Part shown: positions 38,651 to 47,446 of the stretch, one piece after another
Layout of the letters: each line of letters begins with the position of its first letter
Numbering within the stretch: position 1 is the stretch's first letter
NCBI RefSeq assembly: GCF_044361065.1
Contig: NZ_JBIKJI010000001.1
Location: 1 to 48,353 of the forward strand
Direction: 5' to 3'
Length of the DNA: 48,353 nt
From: Flavobacterium sp.
GTDB lineage: Bacteria; Bacteroidota; Bacteroidia; Flavobacteriales; Flavobacteriaceae
The notes under the pieces: generated by a model
What the model saw: only the letters and a program-made list of their open reading frames with translations
What the model was told of the DNA's origin: nothing
Databases searched by the model: none
Translations under genes and position numbers: made by a program

Positions 38651-39703
38651 TTAAATATCATCAAAATCAATTTTAATTTCAGAGGTTGTTGGCACGGCTT
38701 GACAAGCTAAAACCAATCCTTCAGCTACTTCATTATCTGTTAAAATTTGGTTTTTCTTCATCGTAGCGCTTCCTTCTGTCACACGACAAATACAGCTGCT
38801 ACAAATACCGCCTTGGCAAGAATAAGGCACGTCTAAACCTTGTTTTAAAGCTGCTTCTAAAATGGTTTGTTGTTGACTCATTTCAAACGAAACTTCATCA
38901 GCATCTACTGTAATTGAAATAGCTGTGTGACCTTCATTTCCAGACACAACTTTGTTTTCTGAGGCAGTTGAAGTGCCAAATAATTCAAATTTAATGTCTT
39001 TTTCAGCTACATTGTTTTCTTTTAAAGTCGCCGTAACTACTTGTATCATTGCTTCTGGTCCGCACAAATAAAACTTAGAAAAGGTTTTATCGGAATGTTT
39101 GGTTTTTAAAACAGTATTTACAACATTTTTGTCAATTCTACCAGATAATTCGCCAGCAATATTGGCTTGACTATACACAAAATGGACAAAAAATCGACCT
39201 AAATTTTTTAATTGAAGCGCCTTTAATTCCTCGTGAAATATAGTTTCTGATTCGTCTTTGTTGCCATAAATTAAAACAAAAGTACTATTTGGTTCTTCTT
39301 CTAAGACACTTTTTGCAATCGATAAAACAGGCGTAATTCCGCTACCAGCTGCAAAAGCGGCATAGCTTCTTTGATGTTCTTGTTTGGCTTCAAACGTAAA
39401 TTTTCCTTCAGGAATACTGACTTCTAACAAATCGCCAACAGCTAATTTTGTGTTGGCAAATTTCGAAAAAGTACCGTTTTTTACTTCTTTTACTGCAATT
39501 CGCATTTCATCACTTTTTGGCGAAGAACAAATAGAATACGCTCTACGAAGTTCTTTCCCGTCTAAAGTTAGTTTTAAGGTTACATATTGCCCAGCTATAA
39601 ATTGGTAAGCTGATTTTAATTCTTGTGGAATATTAAAAACGATTGAAACTGCATTTTTTGTTTCTCGTTTGATTTCTTTTATTGCTAATTTATAAAAATC
39701 CAT
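38651..39703 (-). CDS. PaaE-like FAD/NAD(P)H oxidoreductase with C-terminal 2Fe-2S ferredoxin
   Basis: RAYSICS, AAGSGITP, YLCGP and YSCQGGICSSC...LACQ. Confidence 0.92.
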   Translation of the reverse strand: MDFYKLAIKEIKRETKNAVSIVFNIPQELKSAYQFIAGQYVTLKLTLDGKELRRAYSICSSPKSDEMRIAVKEVKNGTFSKFANTKLAVGDLLEVSIPEGKFTFEAKQEHQRSYAAFAAGSGITPVLSIAKSVLEEEPNSTFVLIYGNKDESETIFHEELKALQLKNLGRFFVHFVYSQANIAGELSGRIDKNVVNTVLKTKHSDKTFSKFYLCGPEAMIQVVTATLKENNVAEKDIKFELFGTSTASENKVVSGNEGHTAISITVDADEVSFEMSQQQTILEAALKQGLDVPYSCQGGICSSCICRVTEGSATMKKNQILTDNEVAEGLVLACQAVPTTSEIKIDFDDI

Positions 39704-39776
39704 TTTTATTTTTTTACAAAAATACTATTTATTAAGAATATAAAAGTTAGTGAAAAGAAAAAAGAAACTAAAAAAA

Positions 39777-39820
39777 TATACTTAAGAATGTTATGCATAA
39801 GAAAATTATGTATATATTTG
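39777..39820 (+). promoter_or_regulatory. Two overlapping palindromes (putative PadR operators) abutting the promoter
   Basis: TATACTTAA-n5-TTATGCATA (39777-39799) and TATGCATAA-n5-TTATGTATA (39792-39814); TATATTTG at 39813-39820. Confidence 0.65.
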
Positions 39821-39840
39821 CATTTGAAATTTTAACTAAA

Positions 39841-40176
39841 ATGAAAAACTCACAATTATATAAAGGCAGTTTGAATACCATTATTATGAAGCTTTTAGAA
39901 GAAAAAGGCAGAATGTATGGTTATGAAATTACGCAAAAAGTAAAGGAAATCACTAAAGGTGAATTAAACATTACGGAAGGCGCCTTATACCCTGCTTTGC
40001 ACAAATTAGAAGCCGATGGTTTATTAGATGTTGAGGTAGAAAAAGTAGACAATCGCTTAAGAAAGTATTACAAACTTACCGAAAAAGGCACCACAGAAAC
40101 CGTAAATCGTTTGTCTGAATTGGAAGAATTTATCAAAAATATGCAGACTATTGTAAATCCTAAATTGAGTTATTAA
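39841..40176 (+). CDS. PadR-family transcriptional regulator
   Basis: KGSL, MYGYEI, EGALYPALHKLE..G and RKYYKLT.KG; start at 39841 lies downstream of the promoter. Confidence 0.95.
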   Translation: MKNSQLYKGSLNTIIMKLLEEKGRMYGYEITQKVKEITKGELNITEGALYPALHKLEADGLLDVEVEKVDNRLRKYYKLTEKGTTETVNRLSELEEFIKNMQTIVNPKLSY

Positions 40177-40177
40177 G

Positions 40178-40870
40178 ATGAAATTGACAGTAGAACAAAT
40201 AGCAAAAATAGATGAAACTTTAGTGTTGAACGGAGTTGTTTATGACGACATAAAAATAGAATTGACGGACCATATTGCTTCAGATATAGAAGAAGTAATG
40301 ATAAACCAAGATGTTGATTTTAAAACAGCACTAATTAATTCTTTTGATAAATGGGAAGCACAGCTACGACCAGCTTCAAACGCGTTTTGGACACCTTTTT
40401 GGTTAAATGGCCCCAAATTATTTATAGATAAATGGGTTAAAGAATCAAAAAAGCAATCTTTCTATTGGTTGTTATTAAGTGTATTTATTACTTTCACAAC
40501 TGTTTGGATAATAATGCAAAATAAATCAAATAAGTTTTTAGTCCAATTAGAACAAGGATATGAAATACTTTTAATTGTGTTAATTGTATTTTTATTTATC
40601 GGAAGGTATTTCGTCTACAAATCTGAAACCAAAACAATTTTCAGTTATATGTTTAATGTTCATTGTGTGTGTTCAGTTCTTATTTTGGCAATCCAATTAA
40701 TTAGTATAGAATTCGATTGGTATTATATTTTTGCGATGAATCAAAAGTTTACTATGAATCGATTATTTTTCAATGTTTTCCAAAATATTTGGTATATTGT
40801 TTATTCAATTTATTCGTTTTATTTTTTGTTAAATCATTTTCAATTCGAAAGGAAATTATCCAAAGTTTAA
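40178..40870 (+). CDS. Membrane protein with N-terminal MKLT/EL.DH helical domain (paralog 1)
   Basis: MKLTVEQI...DIKIELTDHIASDIE followed by about 4 TM helices. Confidence 0.8.
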   Translation: MKLTVEQIAKIDETLVLNGVVYDDIKIELTDHIASDIEEVMINQDVDFKTALINSFDKWEAQLRPASNAFWTPFWLNGPKLFIDKWVKESKKQSFYWLLLSVFITFTTVWIIMQNKSNKFLVQLEQGYEILLIVLIVFLFIGRYFVYKSETKTIFSYMFNVHCVCSVLILAIQLISIEFDWYYIFAMNQKFTMNRLFFNVFQNIWYIVYSIYSFYFLLNHFQFERKLSKV

Positions 40871-40873
40871 ACT

Positions 40874-41491
40874 ATGAAACTAACCAACACACAACTCGAC
40901 TATATTGACCGTTTTTTAGAACAGCACCAACTCGATTTTTTAGATTTTAAATTGGAGTTAAAAGACCATTTAGCGACTGCAACCGAAGACATAATGGAAC
41001 AAAACAAATTGTCTTTTGAAGAAGCATTTCTGATGGCAAGTCAATTATGGAGAAAAGAATTACAAGTTAAAAAATATTGGTTAATCAGTAACGAGCGGTT
41101 ATTTCCTAGTTTTGTAATTCAGAAAATAAAATATAAAGTAGCCTTTCATTATGCTTTGGTTTTGTTAGCGGCGCTAATTTTTAGTTTCTTTTTTACTTTT
41201 TCTAAATCAAATGAAAATATTTTGCTATTCAAATATAGTGTCGGATTTTGTGGCATTTTCTATTTTCTGTTGCGACGAATTATGAATAATAAAAGCGTTA
41301 AAACTAGTTTTCGATTTCATTTTGATTATTTTCATTTCCCAGTTTTGTTGGTGTTTTTTTACTTTATAATTTTCCAAATTTCGTTTACTTATGCTTACTT
41401 TATTGGATTTTTAGTCTTAGCTAATTTTCCTTTTTCTGCTTATTATTTCGTAAAACACCAACAGTTTATTAAAAAATATAAATTGATATGA
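40874..41491 (+). CDS. Membrane protein with N-terminal MKLT/EL.DH helical domain (paralog 2)
   Basis: MKLTNTQL...DFKLELKDHLATATE followed by about 4 TM helices. Confidence 0.8.
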   Translation: MKLTNTQLDYIDRFLEQHQLDFLDFKLELKDHLATATEDIMEQNKLSFEEAFLMASQLWRKELQVKKYWLISNERLFPSFVIQKIKYKVAFHYALVLLAALIFSFFFTFSKSNENILLFKYSVGFCGIFYFLLRRIMNNKSVKTSFRFHFDYFHFPVLLVFFYFIIFQISFTYAYFIGFLVLANFPFSAYYFVKHQQFIKKYKLI

Positions 41492-42186
41492 AACTAACCC
41501 CCGAACAAATAGACCGCTTATATCAATTCACGCGCCAACATTACGTGGAATATTACGATTTACAAACGGAATTAGTTGATCACTTAGCCAATGCAATTGA
41601 GCAACAATGGCAAGAGAATCCGAAATTAACGTTTGAAGAAATCTTACAAAAAGAATTTAAAAAATTTGGTGTTTTTGGGTTTATGGATGTGGTTGAAAAA
41701 CGCCAAGCGGCCTTAAACAGAAAATACAACGGAATCATTTGGAATCATTTTAAGGCATTTTTTACAATACCTAAAGTTATTTTAACAACTACGTTAGTTG
41801 GGTTAACCTACTTTTTTTTAAATATCTCATTATATAAAGCAGATGTTGTACTTATTGCTTTTGTAATTATTATTTTAAGCTTTTATTTTTTTATTATATA
41901 TTTTGGATATAAAAACAAAAAAGCAAATGCTGCAACGCACAAAAAATGGCTATTAAAAGAAATTATTTTGGGACGTTCTTCTATCGTTGGAATGATTTAT
42001 TTACCAATTCAAATTATGCTGCATTCAGAAAAAGTGTTAGAGAATTCTCTTGGTGTTTTAGGCATTAGTTTTCTTCTCGTTTCTTTGATATTAATAGAAT
42101 ACATTATGGTTGTAGAAATCCCTAAAAAAGCAGAAGCGTATCTAAAAGAAACTTATCCAGAATATGCTTTAGAAAATGGTAATTAA
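41488..42186 (+). CDS. Membrane protein with N-terminal MKLT/EL.DH helical domain (paralog 3)
   Basis: MKLTPEQI...DLQTELVDHLANAIE followed by about 4 TM helices; ATGA overlap with the previous gene. Confidence 0.8.
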   Translation: MKLTPEQIDRLYQFTRQHYVEYYDLQTELVDHLANAIEQQWQENPKLTFEEILQKEFKKFGVFGFMDVVEKRQAALNRKYNGIIWNHFKAFFTIPKVILTTTLVGLTYFFLNISLYKADVVLIAFVIIILSFYFFIIYFGYKNKKANAATHKKWLLKEIILGRSSIVGMIYLPIQIMLHSEKVLENSLGVLGISFLLVSLILIEYIMVVEIPKKAEAYLKETYPEYALENGN

Positions 42187-42190
42187 ACAT

Positions 42191-42219
42191 AAAGCCTACT
42201 CATAAAGTAGGCTTTCTTT
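42191..42219. terminator. Bidirectional terminator
   Basis: AAAGCCTACT / AGTAGGCTTT 10-bp stem between convergent genes. Confidence 0.8.
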
Positions 42220-42220
42220 A

Positions 42221-42733
42221 TTATTCCATAAACAACGCTCTTAACTCCGTTGCTTCACTGGGTTTCATTTTTCCAGCAAGTACCAAGCTTAACTGTTTTC
42301 TTCTTAGTGCGGCGTCGTAACGTTGTATTTCTAATTCGGTTTGTGGTTCAATGGGTGGCACAGGAACTGGACTTCCAGTTTCGTCAACGGCTACAAACGT
42401 ATAAATGGCTTCGTTGGCTTTATTTTTAATACCAGATTCTCTATCCTCAATCCAAACATCAATAAAAATTTCCATAGAAGTATTGAAGGTTCTCGATACT
42501 TTCGACTCTACCGTAACCACGCTTCCTAACGGAATGGCTCTGTTAAACGCCACGTGATTTACCGAAGCCGTAACGCAAATTCTTCTCGAATGACGACGCG
42601 CAGTAATACTTGCGGCTCTATCCATTCGCGCTAATAATTCGCCACCAAATAAATTGTTTAATGGATTGGTTTCACCAGGCAACACTAAATCGGTTAATGT
42701 TGTAACGGAATCTGAAGGATATTTGTTTTGCAT
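42221..42733 (-). CDS. Acyl-CoA thioesterase (hotdog fold, YciA-like)
   Basis: VLPGETN..NNLFGG.LL..MD, VTASV..V.F and FVAVD. Confidence 0.92.
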   Translation of the reverse strand: MQNKYPSDSVTTLTDLVLPGETNPLNNLFGGELLARMDRAASITARRHSRRICVTASVNHVAFNRAIPLGSVVTVESKVSRTFNTSMEIFIDVWIEDRESGIKNKANEAIYTFVAVDETGSPVPVPPIEPQTELEIQRYDAALRRKQLSLVLAGKMKPSEATELRALFME

Positions 42734-42798
42734 TATTTTTTTTACAAAGATACTAACTCTGATTTAAAAAAAGGGTATAAAAAAATCCCAAATTGGGA

Positions 42799-43779
42799 TT
42801 AGTCTATTAGCAACCAAGCGTCAACGCTATCTTTTGCTTTTATTTGAATTTTTAAATTTTGAGCTTCAGTTAAATTAGAAAAACTACCAAAAGCAACAGG
42901 AATTAAACCGTATTTGTTTTCCGTCAATAAATGCGCTTCAAAACCTTTTGATATTAAATCATTCATAGCTTTAATCGCATTTTGTTTGCTTCTAAATGCA
43001 CCTGCAACTACGTGGTATTTTTCGGTATGTGATGCTTCTAAAGTTAAATCAACAGCGTTTATTGGATTTGGAATCACAAACGTAGCCTCTTGAAGTTTTT
43101 GATTTATTTTTTCTTGCACCGTTTTTTCTACGATACTTGTTTGTTGTTCAATCGTGTAGTCAAAATACATTTTGTAACCATACGTTCCTGCAGAGGCAAA
43201 AATGGCCACAGCTGCAGCGTATTTCATCCAGTTTTTTGTACGATTTTTTCCATTTAATGGAATAACTGGCGTTTCTTCTTCCGAGGTAGCATCAACTGAA
43301 ACAGGCGTTTCAATTTGATGCGCAACTTCTGAAGTAACTTCTGATTGAATTTGATTTGCTCTTGCTATTTCTGGCGAATTAAAACCAGCCAAACCAAAAG
43401 AATCTGTCAAATAATTAATTGCTGTATTCGGCTTGAAAACAAAATTATGTTCTGAATTTGAAAAAATTTCACCAATATTTTCTAATACTAAACTTTCTTT
43501 ATTTTCTAATTTTTCTAACCAAAAAACAACTTGAGTTTGAATTTTACTTACTGCGTTTTCGTAACTAATTTTTTCTTGTAATGCGATATGATTGGCCAAT
43601 AAACCATCATTGTTTTTTATATGAGAATTAAAAGAAATTACTTTTTTCGGCGGTACAAACGAATTTTGAGCCGCAATAACTTGCGCAGATTGCCATTCGC
43701 ATAAAAACGCTCCAAAACCCGGAACGCCTACGCATTGGTATCTGTACAACAATTCTGAAATGTATTTTTCTATTTTCAT
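42799..43779 (-). CDS. HU-like (HU-CCDC81-type) + TM + SPOR domain protein
   Basis: N-terminal YISELL...CV.VPGFGAF and L.NIG.I; single TM; C-terminal YHVVAGAF....NA...DAWLL SPOR domain. Confidence 0.8.
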   Translation of the reverse strand: MKIEKYISELLYRYQCVGVPGFGAFLCEWQSAQVIAAQNSFVPPKKVISFNSHIKNNDGLLANHIALQEKISYENAVSKIQTQVVFWLEKLENKESLVLENIGEIFSNSEHNFVFKPNTAINYLTDSFGLAGFNSPEIARANQIQSEVTSEVAHQIETPVSVDATSEEETPVIPLNGKNRTKNWMKYAAAVAIFASAGTYGYKMYFDYTIEQQTSIVEKTVQEKINQKLQEATFVIPNPINAVDLTLEASHTEKYHVVAGAFRSKQNAIKAMNDLISKGFEAHLLTENKYGLIPVAFGSFSNLTEAQNLKIQIKAKDSVDAWLLID

Positions 43780-43817
43780 CTATGCAAAATTAAGTATTCA
43801 AGCCCAAAAACAAAATT

Positions 43818-43839
43818 TTATTAACAATTTTTATTAACA
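43818..43839. promoter_or_regulatory. Tandem TTATTAACA boxes in the divergent SPOR-gene/dprA promoter region
   Basis: TTATTAACA at 43818-43826 and 43831-43839, between -7 elements at 43785-43792 (minus) and 43898-43905 (plus). Confidence 0.5.
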
Positions 43840-43923
43840 ATTTAAAAATAAATTTTCTTCGTTTTGCGGTTTTTTATAAAATTACTAAAAAAATAAATAT
43901 ATTTGTAGGATATATTATACGCC

Positions 43924-45030
43924 ATGTTACATAACGAATTATTACACACGCTCGCACTCTTAAAAGTGGAAGGAATTGGTGATGTTGTTGCCAAAAAACT
44001 AATTAAACAATGCGGTTCTGCTGCTGCGGTATTCCAAACCTCTAAAAAAGCATTTGTTGCCATTGACGGCATAGGTGATTATCTCTACAAAAATTTACAA
44101 GAAAAAAAGATTTTTAATTTAGCGGAAAACGAACTTCGTTTCATCGAAAAAGAACAAATTTCTTATGCTACATTTGAAGACGATTCGTACCCAGAACGCT
44201 TAAAACATTGTGCCGATGGTCCAACTGTTTTATTTCAATCAGGTGCTATTAATTTGCAAAATAAAAGAGTAATTAATATCGTAGGAACCCGTCAAATTAG
44301 CCCTTATGGAGTCGCATTTACCAATACACTTTTGGAAGATTTAGCACCATTGAACCCAATTATTGTTAGTGGTTTTGCCTATGGAGTTGACATTGTGGCA
44401 CATCAAGCGGCAATGCAAAATAATTTACAAACTATTGGAGTTTTGGCTCACGGTTTGAATCAAATATATCCAAAATCACATAAAAAGTATATTTCTCAAA
44501 TGGAGCAAAATGGCGGTTTTATGACCGAATTTTGGAGTACTTCAAATCCGGATAGAGAAAACTTTATCAAACGAAATAGAATTGTAGCAGGTATGTGCGA
44601 AGCTACTATTGTAATTGAAAGTGCCGAAAAAGGCGGCTCATTAATTACAGCTAATATAGCGAATGATTACAACAGAGATGTATTTGCTGTTCCAGGAAGA
44701 ATTACCGATAAATTTAGCCAAGGATGTAACAATTTAATAAAAACCCAGCGCGCCCATTTATTGAATAGTGTAGCCGATTTAGTATATATTTTAAATTGGG
44801 ATATTGATACGAAAAAAGAAAGTAAACCCATCCAAAAACAACTGTTTGTTTCCTTGACGGAGGAAGAACAAAAAATTTATGACTATTTAGTAAATAAAGA
44901 AAATGAATTGATGGATATTATAGCATTAGATTGCGATTTCCCTATTTTTAAAATTTCTTCTTTATTATTAAATATGGAGTTAAAAGGCGTTATTAGACCT
45001 TTGCCAGGGAAGTTGTTTGAAGCAGTGTAG
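43924..45030 (+). CDS. dprA: DNA-processing protein DprA
   Basis: IVGTR, VSGFAYGVD..AH, F..RNRIVAG, IESA..GGSL.TA, VFAVPG and a C-terminal winged helix. Confidence 0.95.
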   Translation: MLHNELLHTLALLKVEGIGDVVAKKLIKQCGSAAAVFQTSKKAFVAIDGIGDYLYKNLQEKKIFNLAENELRFIEKEQISYATFEDDSYPERLKHCADGPTVLFQSGAINLQNKRVINIVGTRQISPYGVAFTNTLLEDLAPLNPIIVSGFAYGVDIVAHQAAMQNNLQTIGVLAHGLNQIYPKSHKKYISQMEQNGGFMTEFWSTSNPDRENFIKRNRIVAGMCEATIVIESAEKGGSLITANIANDYNRDVFAVPGRITDKFSQGCNNLIKTQRAHLLNSVADLVYILNWDIDTKKESKPIQKQLFVSLTEEEQKIYDYLVNKENELMDIIALDCDFPIFKISSLLLNMELKGVIRPLPGKLFEAV

Positions 45031-45040
45031 GTTTAAATAA

Positions 45041-45096
45041 AAATTTCACAGATTAGCACGAAACTAATTTGTGAAATTTGTGAAAATCGGTGTGGC
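45041..45096. repeat. REP-like hairpin between convergent dprA and trpS
   Basis: AAATTTCACAGATTAG (45041-45056) / CTAATTTGTGAAATTT (45064-45079), with extra TGTGAAA units following. Confidence 0.7.
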
Positions 45097-45101
45097 ATAT
45101 T

Positions 45102-46073
45102 TTATAAAAACCCTAATTTTTCTCGTACTCTTTTTAATACGCCATCCGCTACTTTACCTGCTTTTCTAGCTCCTTCAAAAAGTAATTTATCTACTTCTTC
45201 AGGGTGGTTTATGAAGTAATTATATTTTTCTCTTTCGGTTTTAAATTTTTCAGTTATTAAATCAAAAAGCGCTTGTTTGGCGTGTCCAAAACCATAATTT
45301 CCAGCTAAATATTTGGCTTTTAAATCTGCAGTTTGTTCTGGCGAAGCTAATAATTTATATAAGCCAAACACATTACAAGTATCTGGATTTTTAGGTTCTT
45401 CTAAAGGTGTACTATCGGTTTCAATGCTTTTTATTTGTTTTAAAAGCGTTTTATCGTCTACAAAAATATTGATGAAATTATTTCTTGATTTACTCATTTT
45501 ATGCCCATCTGTTCCCGGAATAATCATAATTTGCTCATCTATTTTTGCTTCTGGTAATACAAAGGTTTCACCCATTTGGTGATTAAATCTTGAAGCTACA
45601 TCACGAGTAATTTCAATATGTTGCAATTGGTCTTTCCCTACAGGAACAAAGTTAGCATCATACAATAAAATATCGGCAGCCATTAACATCGGATAAGAAA
45701 ATAATCCCGCATTAACATCGTCTAGTCTGTCGGCTTTATCTTTAAACGAATGGGCTAATGTTAAACGCTGAAACGGAAAAAAACAGCTCAAATACCAAGA
45801 AAGTTCAGCCGTTTGAGGCACATCAGATTGGCGGTAAAAAACTACACGATTTGTATCTAAACCACAAGCAAGCCAAGCAGCAGCTACACTATAGGTGTTT
45901 TGTCTTAATTCTGCACCATTTTTGATTTGCGTAATCGAATGCAAATCGGCAATAAAAAGAAAAGATTCGTTATCAGGATTTTTTGCCATTTGAATAGCAG
46001 GTAAAATTGCGCCTAATAAATTACCTAAGTGTGGTGTTCCTGTGCTTTGAATTCCGGTTAAGATTTTTGCCAT
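45102..46073 (-). CDS. trpS: Tryptophan-tRNA ligase
   Basis: HLGN, YPMLMAADIL, VPVGKDQ and KMSKS. Confidence 0.98.
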   Translation of the reverse strand: MAKILTGIQSTGTPHLGNLLGAILPAIQMAKNPDNESFLFIADLHSITQIKNGAELRQNTYSVAAAWLACGLDTNRVVFYRQSDVPQTAELSWYLSCFFPFQRLTLAHSFKDKADRLDDVNAGLFSYPMLMAADILLYDANFVPVGKDQLQHIEITRDVASRFNHQMGETFVLPEAKIDEQIMIIPGTDGHKMSKSRNNFINIFVDDKTLLKQIKSIETDSTPLEEPKNPDTCNVFGLYKLLASPEQTADLKAKYLAGNYGFGHAKQALFDLITEKFKTEREKYNYFINHPEEVDKLLFEGARKAGKVADGVLKRVREKLGFL

Positions 46074-46105
46074 TTTGATTCTTGTTTTTGCAAATGTAAG
46101 TTTTT

Positions 46106-46143
46106 AAGTAAAAAGAGCCAAGTAAAAAGGTGCAAGTAAAAAG
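46106..46143. repeat. AAGTAAAAAG x3 at a 14-bp period in the trpS/plsC divergent promoter
   Basis: Copies at 46106, 46120 and 46134; -7 elements at 46091-46098 (minus) and 46165-46172 (plus). Confidence 0.75.
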
Positions 46144-46194
46144 AATAAGTTTTTTAAAATTGTTTACTTTTGAAAATCGAATACTATCTGAGAA

Positions 46195-46926
46195 ATGAAA
46201 TTATTAAAATATCCGTTTTGGTTGCTATACCGTATCTGGTTTTACCTATTGGTATTGCTGCCTATAATACTGTTATTTCCTCTGATATTAATTACTATTT
46301 TAAGCGGAAAAACATATCCGTTGTTTTTTAAAATTGCACGACTTTGGGCTCGAGTTATTTTAATTGGAATGGGATTTAGATATTCTATAAAAGGCACTGA
46401 AAATTTTGAAGCAGGTAAAAGTTATATGTTGGTAGCCAATCATACTTCAATGACGGATATTATGTTGATGTTGTTAGCTGTAAAAAATCATCCGTTTGTA
46501 TTTGTAGGGAAAAAAGAATTGGTTAACATTCCTATTTTTGGATTTATTTACAAACGTGTTTGTATTTTGGTTGACCGAGAAAATAGTAAAAGTCGTTTCG
46601 CTGTTTTTGAACGCGCACAAAACAGAATTCAACAAGGTTTGAGTATTTGTATTTTTCCTGAAGGCGGTGTGCCTGATGAAAGTATACTTTTAGATGAATT
46701 TAAAGATGGTGCTTTCCGAATTGCAATTGAACACCAACTCACAATAATTCCGTTAACTTTTTATGATAACAAAAAACGATTTTCGTACACGTTTTTTAGC
46801 GGTTCACCAGGGAAAATGAGAGCCAAAATTCATCCACCAATAGAAACAATTGGAAAAACGATGGACGATAAACTTCACTTAAAACAACAAGTTAGAGACA
46901 TCATTTTAACCGAACTTCAAAAATAA
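46195..46926 (+). CDS. 1-acyl-sn-glycerol-3-phosphate acyltransferase family (PlsC-like)
   Basis: NHTSMTD, VDR, IFPEG and FKDGAF..A. Confidence 0.9.
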   Translation: MKLLKYPFWLLYRIWFYLLVLLPIILLFPLILITILSGKTYPLFFKIARLWARVILIGMGFRYSIKGTENFEAGKSYMLVANHTSMTDIMLMLLAVKNHPFVFVGKKELVNIPIFGFIYKRVCILVDRENSKSRFAVFERAQNRIQQGLSICIFPEGGVPDESILLDEFKDGAFRIAIEHQLTIIPLTFYDNKKRFSYTFFSGSPGKMRAKIHPPIETIGKTMDDKLHLKQQVRDIILTELQK

Positions 46927-46933
46927 TAAGCAT

Positions 46934-46961
46934 AAAAAAACGCCTAATTAGGCGTTTTTTT
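46934..46961. terminator. Bidirectional terminator
   Basis: AAAAAAACGCCT-aatt-AGGCGTTTTTTT. Confidence 0.85.
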
Positions 46962-47368
46962 TATTGTACTACAACTGAAAATTCTTCATAAAGATTAACT
47001 CCATTGGCATCTTTACCTTTCCAAAATTTTAAAAGGTACGTACCAGCTGTAGCGGGCTTAAATCTTAAAATTTTCGTTTGTAATTGATTTAGCAATGGCA
47101 AACAGCCTTGTTCTTCTATCACGTAATTTAGTACGGCAATTGTTCTATTAAAACCGTCTCGGGTGTAATAAAAACCTTCAAAACCGTGACAACTAGAAGG
47201 TCTTGAATAGGTAACTTCTATTTCATTTACGGTATTTGCAGTAAAGGTTGTAGGCAAAACTACCGTTTCCACAGGTACTAATTCTAAACGAACTCTTGGC
47301 CCATCAGGTTCTTGTGTACAAGAGATAGATAGTACAAAAATACAGATAAGTGCTATTAGTTTTTTCAT
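46961..47368 (-). CDS. Lipoprotein, hypothetical (Ig-like)
   Basis: MKK signal peptide, lipobox SISC, two further Cys, GTYLLKFW.G. Confidence 0.8.
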   Translation of the reverse strand: MKKLIALICIFVLSISCTQEPDGPRVRLELVPVETVVLPTTFTANTVNEIEVTYSRPSSCHGFEGFYYTRDGFNRTIAVLNYVIEEQGCLPLLNQLQTKILRFKPATAGTYLLKFWKGKDANGVNLYEEFSVVVQ

Positions 47369-47412
47369 AATACAACTTTTTAAAAATTCCGAATCTTCAA
47401 TTTGGTTTTAAT

Positions 47413-47444
47413 CAAAAAACCATCCTAAAAAGGATGATTTTTTG
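47413..47444 (-). terminator. Terminator after recA
   Basis: CAAAAAACCATCCT / AGGATGATTTTTTG stem. Confidence 0.75.
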
Positions 47445-47446
47445 TG

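Noticed and set aside
15900-39840. Longer N-termini in the track (15900, 23354, 28422, 28509, 39793)
   Set aside because: They run into the upstream gene or overlap TAnnTTTG promoters; starts at 15924, 23381, 28398, 28530 and 39841 are preferred.
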